From contig OZ242374.1 in NCBI GenBank assembly GCA_965209055.1, positions 5,824,001 through 5,888,000 on the forward strand: DNA of 64,000 bases. Reading direction: 5' to 3'. The number at the start of each line of letters is the position of its first letter. The stretch's first letter is position 1. The stretch comes from Acidobacteriota bacterium (GTDB lineage Bacteria; Acidobacteriota; UBA6911; RPQK01; JAJDTT01). A program made the position numbers and the translations under genes. Shown here piece by piece: positions 60,289-64,000 of this stretch. The notes under the pieces were generated by a model. The model was not told the DNA's origin. It did no database searches and was given only the letters and a program-made list of their open reading frames with translations.

Positions 60289-62565
60289 ATGGGCAGAAAA
60301 ACTCTGCTGGTTGCAATCTTGGCCGCGGTTCTGGCGGGGATCATCCTCTGGTTGCCGCTGTCGGATCCGGCTCCCGTCGGCATCGAGCACCGGGAAGCGT
60401 GGACCACCTCGCGGGTCCACGGCACGCCGGATCCGCCCGATCCCTACACCACGGAAGTCGCGTTTCCGGAGATTCGCTTCGACCAGCCTCTGGAGGTGAC
60501 GACCGTTCCCGGCACCAACCTCATCGCCGTGGTCGAGCGTTTCGGCAAGATCTACGTCTTCGAGAATCGTCCCGGAGTCACCGAGACGCACCTGTTCATG
60601 GACGTCGGGAAGCCGGTCTACGGACTGGAGTTCCACCCCGACTTCCAGGAGAACCGGTACTTCTACGTGAGCCAGGTGGACCATCACACGAAGGAACTGC
60701 CGGAAGGCAGCCAACTCTCCCGCTACCGGGCGAATCCGGGGCACCCCCTCACCGGCGACCGGGACTCGGAAACGGTCCTCCTCGTCTGGCCTTCGGGTGG
60801 CCACAACGGAGGCTGCATCCGGTTCGGTCCGGACGGATACCTCTATCTGGGCACCGGCGACGCGAGCGGCATCGCCGACAGCCTGGTGACCGGCCAGAAC
60901 CCCGACGACTTCCCGGGATCGATCCTCCGAATCGACGTGAACCGTCCCGATCCCGGGAAAAACTACGGCATCCCGTCCGACAATCCCTATGTGGGGAGAG
61001 AAGGATTTCGACCGGAGGTCTGGGCCTACGGACTCCGTCAGCCCTGGAAGTTCAGCTTCGGTCCGGCCCGCCGCCTGTGGGTCGGCGAGATCGGCCAGGA
61101 CCTCTGGGAGATGATCCACATCATCGAGAAGGGAGGAAACTACGGCTGGAGCGTGATGGAGGCGACCCATCCCTTCCGGCCCGAGCGCCCCCTGGGTCCC
61201 ACGCCCATCCTGCCTCCGTTGGTGGAACACTCCCACACCGACTTCCGTTCCATCACCGGCGGCTACGTCTACCGGGGAACGCGCCTGGAGTCGCTGGCGG
61301 ACAGCTACGTCTACGGAGACCACGACACCGGGAAGATCTGGTCCCTCGATTACGACGGCACGCGGGTTGAGAATCACCGCCAACTGGCCGACACGCTGCT
61401 GCGAATCGTCGCCATCGGTCAGGACCAGAACCACGAACTCCTGTTCTTGGACTTCGTCGGCGGCCAGTTCCACCGATTGGTTCCACGCCCCGAATCCCCC
61501 GGTCAAACGGCGGATTTTCCCCGGTTGCTGAGCGAGACCGGGCTGTTCACCTCCACCAGGGAGATGACCCCCGCCCCGGGCCTGATCCCCTATTCGGTCA
61601 ACGCCGCCCTCTGGTCGGACCACGCCGCCAAGGAACGCTACATCGCGTTGCCGGACCTGTCGCAGATCGAGTACGACACGGTGATCTACCCGCAGCCGGC
61701 GCCGGGCGTCCCCCCAGGTTGGAAATTCCCCGACGGAACCGTCCTGGTCAAGACCTTCTCCCTGGAGATGGAGAGGGGAAACCCCGACAGCCTCAGGCGA
61801 TTGGAGACGCGGCTTCTTCACCACGAGCGGATTCCCGGAACCGATGAAGTGGGAGCGCAGGTCTGGAAGGGATATGTCTACCTCTGGAACGAGGAGCAGA
61901 CCGACGCCGAGTTGTTGGAAAGCGAGGGCCTGGATCGGGCGTTCACCATTCGGGAGGCGGACGGCGGCACCAGCGAGCAGACCTGGCGGTTCCCCAGCCG
62001 CGCCGAGTGCACCCTCTGCCACACCACTGCCGCCAGGTACATCCTGGGCATCAGCACCCTGCAGATGAACAAGGACCACGACTACGGGGGAGTGGTGGCC
62101 AACCAGCTTCGGACCTTGGACCATCTGGGCGTCTTCACCAAACCTCTACCGGCTTCGCCGGAGAAGCTGGCCCGGCTCGTCGACTACGGGAATCCCGATC
62201 TGGAAACCGATCTGCGGGCGCGCGCCTATCTTCACGCCAACTGCTCCCACTGTCACGTGAAGTGGGGGGGCGGCAACGCCGATTTCCAATTGATCGGCAC
62301 CATGCCGCTGGAGCAGACCGGCATCGTCGACACCGTCGCCGCTCATGGCGGATTCGACCTGGATCAGCCGCGGCTGGTGGTCCCGGGACACCCGAACCGG
62401 TCCATCATCCCCCATCGCATGGCCATGCTGGGCCTGGGCCGCATGCCCCACATCGCCTCCAACGTGGTGGATGAAGAGGGAGTTCGCCTGGTTCGGGAGT
62501 GGATCCGGAGTCTGCCGGTCCAACAGACGCGGAACCGTTCCAAGGATGGCAACGGACCCGGTTAA
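60289..62565 (+). CDS. Secreted glucose/sorbosone dehydrogenase-like beta-propeller fused to a di-heme c domain
   Basis: HNGG..FGPDGYLY, WAYGLRQPW, GNYGW; CTLCH and CSHCH heme motifs. Confidence 0.85.
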   Translation: MGRKTLLVAILAAVLAGIILWLPLSDPAPVGIEHREAWTTSRVHGTPDPPDPYTTEVAFPEIRFDQPLEVTTVPGTNLIAVVERFGKIYVFENRPGVTETHLFMDVGKPVYGLEFHPDFQENRYFYVSQVDHHTKELPEGSQLSRYRANPGHPLTGDRDSETVLLVWPSGGHNGGCIRFGPDGYLYLGTGDASGIADSLVTGQNPDDFPGSILRIDVNRPDPGKNYGIPSDNPYVGREGFRPEVWAYGLRQPWKFSFGPARRLWVGEIGQDLWEMIHIIEKGGNYGWSVMEATHPFRPERPLGPTPILPPLVEHSHTDFRSITGGYVYRGTRLESLADSYVYGDHDTGKIWSLDYDGTRVENHRQLADTLLRIVAIGQDQNHELLFLDFVGGQFHRLVPRPESPGQTADFPRLLSETGLFTSTREMTPAPGLIPYSVNAALWSDHAAKERYIALPDLSQIEYDTVIYPQPAPGVPPGWKFPDGTVLVKTFSLEMERGNPDSLRRLETRLLHHERIPGTDEVGAQVWKGYVYLWNEEQTDAELLESEGLDRAFTIREADGGTSEQTWRFPSRAECTLCHTTAARYILGISTLQMNKDHDYGGVVANQLRTLDHLGVFTKPLPASPEKLARLVDYGNPDLETDLRARAYLHANCSHCHVKWGGGNADFQLIGTMPLEQTGIVDTVAAHGGFDLDQPRLVVPGHPNRSIIPHRMAMLGLGRMPHIASNVVDEEGVRLVREWIRSLPVQQTRNRSKDGNGPG

Positions 62566-63251
62566 CCCGCAGTTCTCAAGTACGTGAGCAACTCCACCAT
62601 CAGTCCGTTGACGGCCCGGTAGTTCCCGGCCGGGGCGTGGAGCAGTTCGCCCTCCGACTGCACGTACTTGGAAGGGATGAGTTCCGCCCGGCAGTTGACG
62701 ACCAGTTTCCTTGCCGCGTCCGGCGTCGTCTCCAGGTGGAACTGCATGCCGACGGCCGATCTCCCGATCTGGAAGGCCTGATTCTCGCAGCCGTCGCTTC
62801 GCGCCAGATGGACCGCGCCGGGAGGCAGATCGAAGGTCTCCCCGTGCCAGTGAAATGCCTGGATGACCTCGGGAAACCGGAAGCAGTCCGGTCCTCCGTC
62901 GATTCCACGCAGCGGAAGCCAGCCGATCTCCTTCAGCTCGTTGGGGTAGACCCGGGCGCCCAGGGCGCTGGCGATGAGCTGTGCACCGAGGCAGATCCCC
63001 AAGACCGGCTTCCCGGCCTCGATGGCCCGGCGGATGAACCGCTTCTCGGAGACCAGCCAGGGAAGCTCCTCCTCGTCGTTGACGCTCATGGGGCCGCCCA
63101 TGGCGATGAGGAAGTCGACGTCGTCCAGCTCGGGCACCTCTGCCGATTCAAAGAATCTCGTGCAGGTCACCTCGTAGCCGGCGTCGACCAGCCAGGGCCG
63201 GATGCATCCGAGGCCTTCGAAGGGAACGTGCTGGAAATAGTGAGCGCGCAT
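62562..63251 (-). CDS. Type 1 glutamine amidotransferase-like protein
   Basis: QHVPFE, GGPMS, GICLGAQ, WHGETF, QFHLE. Confidence 0.9.
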   Translation of the reverse strand: MRAHYFQHVPFEGLGCIRPWLVDAGYEVTCTRFFESAEVPELDDVDFLIAMGGPMSVNDEEELPWLVSEKRFIRRAIEAGKPVLGICLGAQLIASALGARVYPNELKEIGWLPLRGIDGGPDCFRFPEVIQAFHWHGETFDLPPGAVHLARSDGCENQAFQIGRSAVGMQFHLETTPDAARKLVVNCRAELIPSKYVQSEGELLHAPAGNYRAVNGLMVELLTYLRTAG

Positions 63252-63351
63252 GGGATTGTCAATTGACGGTCCGTGCTGAAATTCGTGACGGGCTGTGGAG
63301 TTTGTATCTGCAACGGATCAAGAAGGCAAGCTGGGGGTCACGGACGACGAC

Positions 63352-64000
63352 TCAACCGCGGCGGACGGCCAGCGCCAGCACGACCCACAATCCTGCCAGT
63401 ACGATGATCGCCATGCTGATCCAGTTGACCGAAAAGTGCAGGAAAGAGGTGAGGACCAGCAGCAATCCCCCGGCCAGACCTCTCGACCATCGATCCACGA
63501 AGAGGTCGATGAACACCTTGGCCCGCTTCTTGACCTCGAGGGGCACCGGCAGGAAGAGCAGTTCCCTGCCCGTCTTGTCGACGGAGGGACGGAGGCTGCC
63601 GTCGATACCCCGCAATATGACGGCGCCCCAGAGAGTGGGGACTGCCAGCATGCCCACTGAAGTAAACAGCAGCCCCAGCGGGAGCAACAGGATAGCCCCG
63701 GACACGCCCCAGAACCGGATCAGCCGGTAGGTCAGAAAGGTCTGTAGAAGCAAGGATACGATGTTGAGTCGCCCGTAGAACTTTCCCAGGAAGGCTGCCA
63801 GCGCCTGCTGGTCCGGATACGCCTGGACGGCGACGGTCTTGAACTGGAAAACCACCAACGTGGCCACCACCGCGCTGAGGAAAAGCAGGCCCCCGATGCC
63901 GGCGAGATGGCGGTGGTCCCGGAGCATTGAGCGCACTTCCCGCAAAGAGTTTCGCACCGGTTCCTGGAGAGGGGCCGCCGTTGCGGGAGTCCGGCCGGGC
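63352..64000 (-). CDS. NTT/TLC (Npt1/Npt2-like) nucleotide-transporter-family MFS protein, 3' part; start lies beyond the window
   Basis: FQFK, FYG.LN, SLR.SVDK..RELLFLPVP...K..AK.FID..V.R motif and multiple TM helices. Confidence 0.75.
   Translation of the reverse strand, partial: PGRTPATAAPLQEPVRNSLREVRSMLRDHRHLAGIGGLLFLSAVVATLVVFQFKTVAVQAYPDQQALAAFLGKFYGRLNIVSLLLQTFLTYRLIRFWGVSGAILLLPLGLLFTSVGMLAVPTLWGAVILRGIDGSLRPSVDKTGRELLFLPVPLEVKKRAKVFIDLFVDRWSRGLAGGLLLVLTSFLHFSVNWISMAIIVLAGLWVVLALAVRRG

Noticed and set aside
63260-63354. Selenocysteine read-through at the NTT gene TGA (and other TGA stops)
   Set aside because: No convincing SECIS-like hairpin or homologous continuation; the redox proteins in the window have ordinary Cys motifs.

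Overview
High-GC bacterial chromosomal window. Gene content and protein style suggest Acidobacteriota (inference). Bases 1-3640 are a decayed defence/TA island: the 5' end of an IS1634-like element, Phd plus truncated ParE, an intact AbiEi/AbiEii pair, and fused fragments of a type I R-M operon. The rest is mostly housekeeping: PBP1A, ispB-like, tatD, metG, larC, argS, ffh-rpsP-khpA-rimM-trmD-rplS, selB, tatA, cutA, ftsB, dsbD, pyrRBC/pyrKD, coaD/rsmD/recG, ribA/ubiX, aguBA and ilvB, plus secreted hydrolases and a FitAB-like TA pair. The most striking non-genic signal is a family of GGAG-flanked double-hairpin (REP/BIME-like) elements. It has expanded into a 13-copy, 82-bp tandem array between larC and argS, and one copy sits in-frame inside the argS coding sequence. 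Other notable signals are six 11-bp-phased DnaA-box-like units upstream of PBP1A, an AAA+/DUF4143 gene bracketed by 21-bp direct repeats with a long operator-like palindrome, a second MITE family flanking selB, and recurrent leaderless-type promoters. No CRISPR array, rRNA or tRNA was recognised. All calls come from reading the sequence; no database searches were run.
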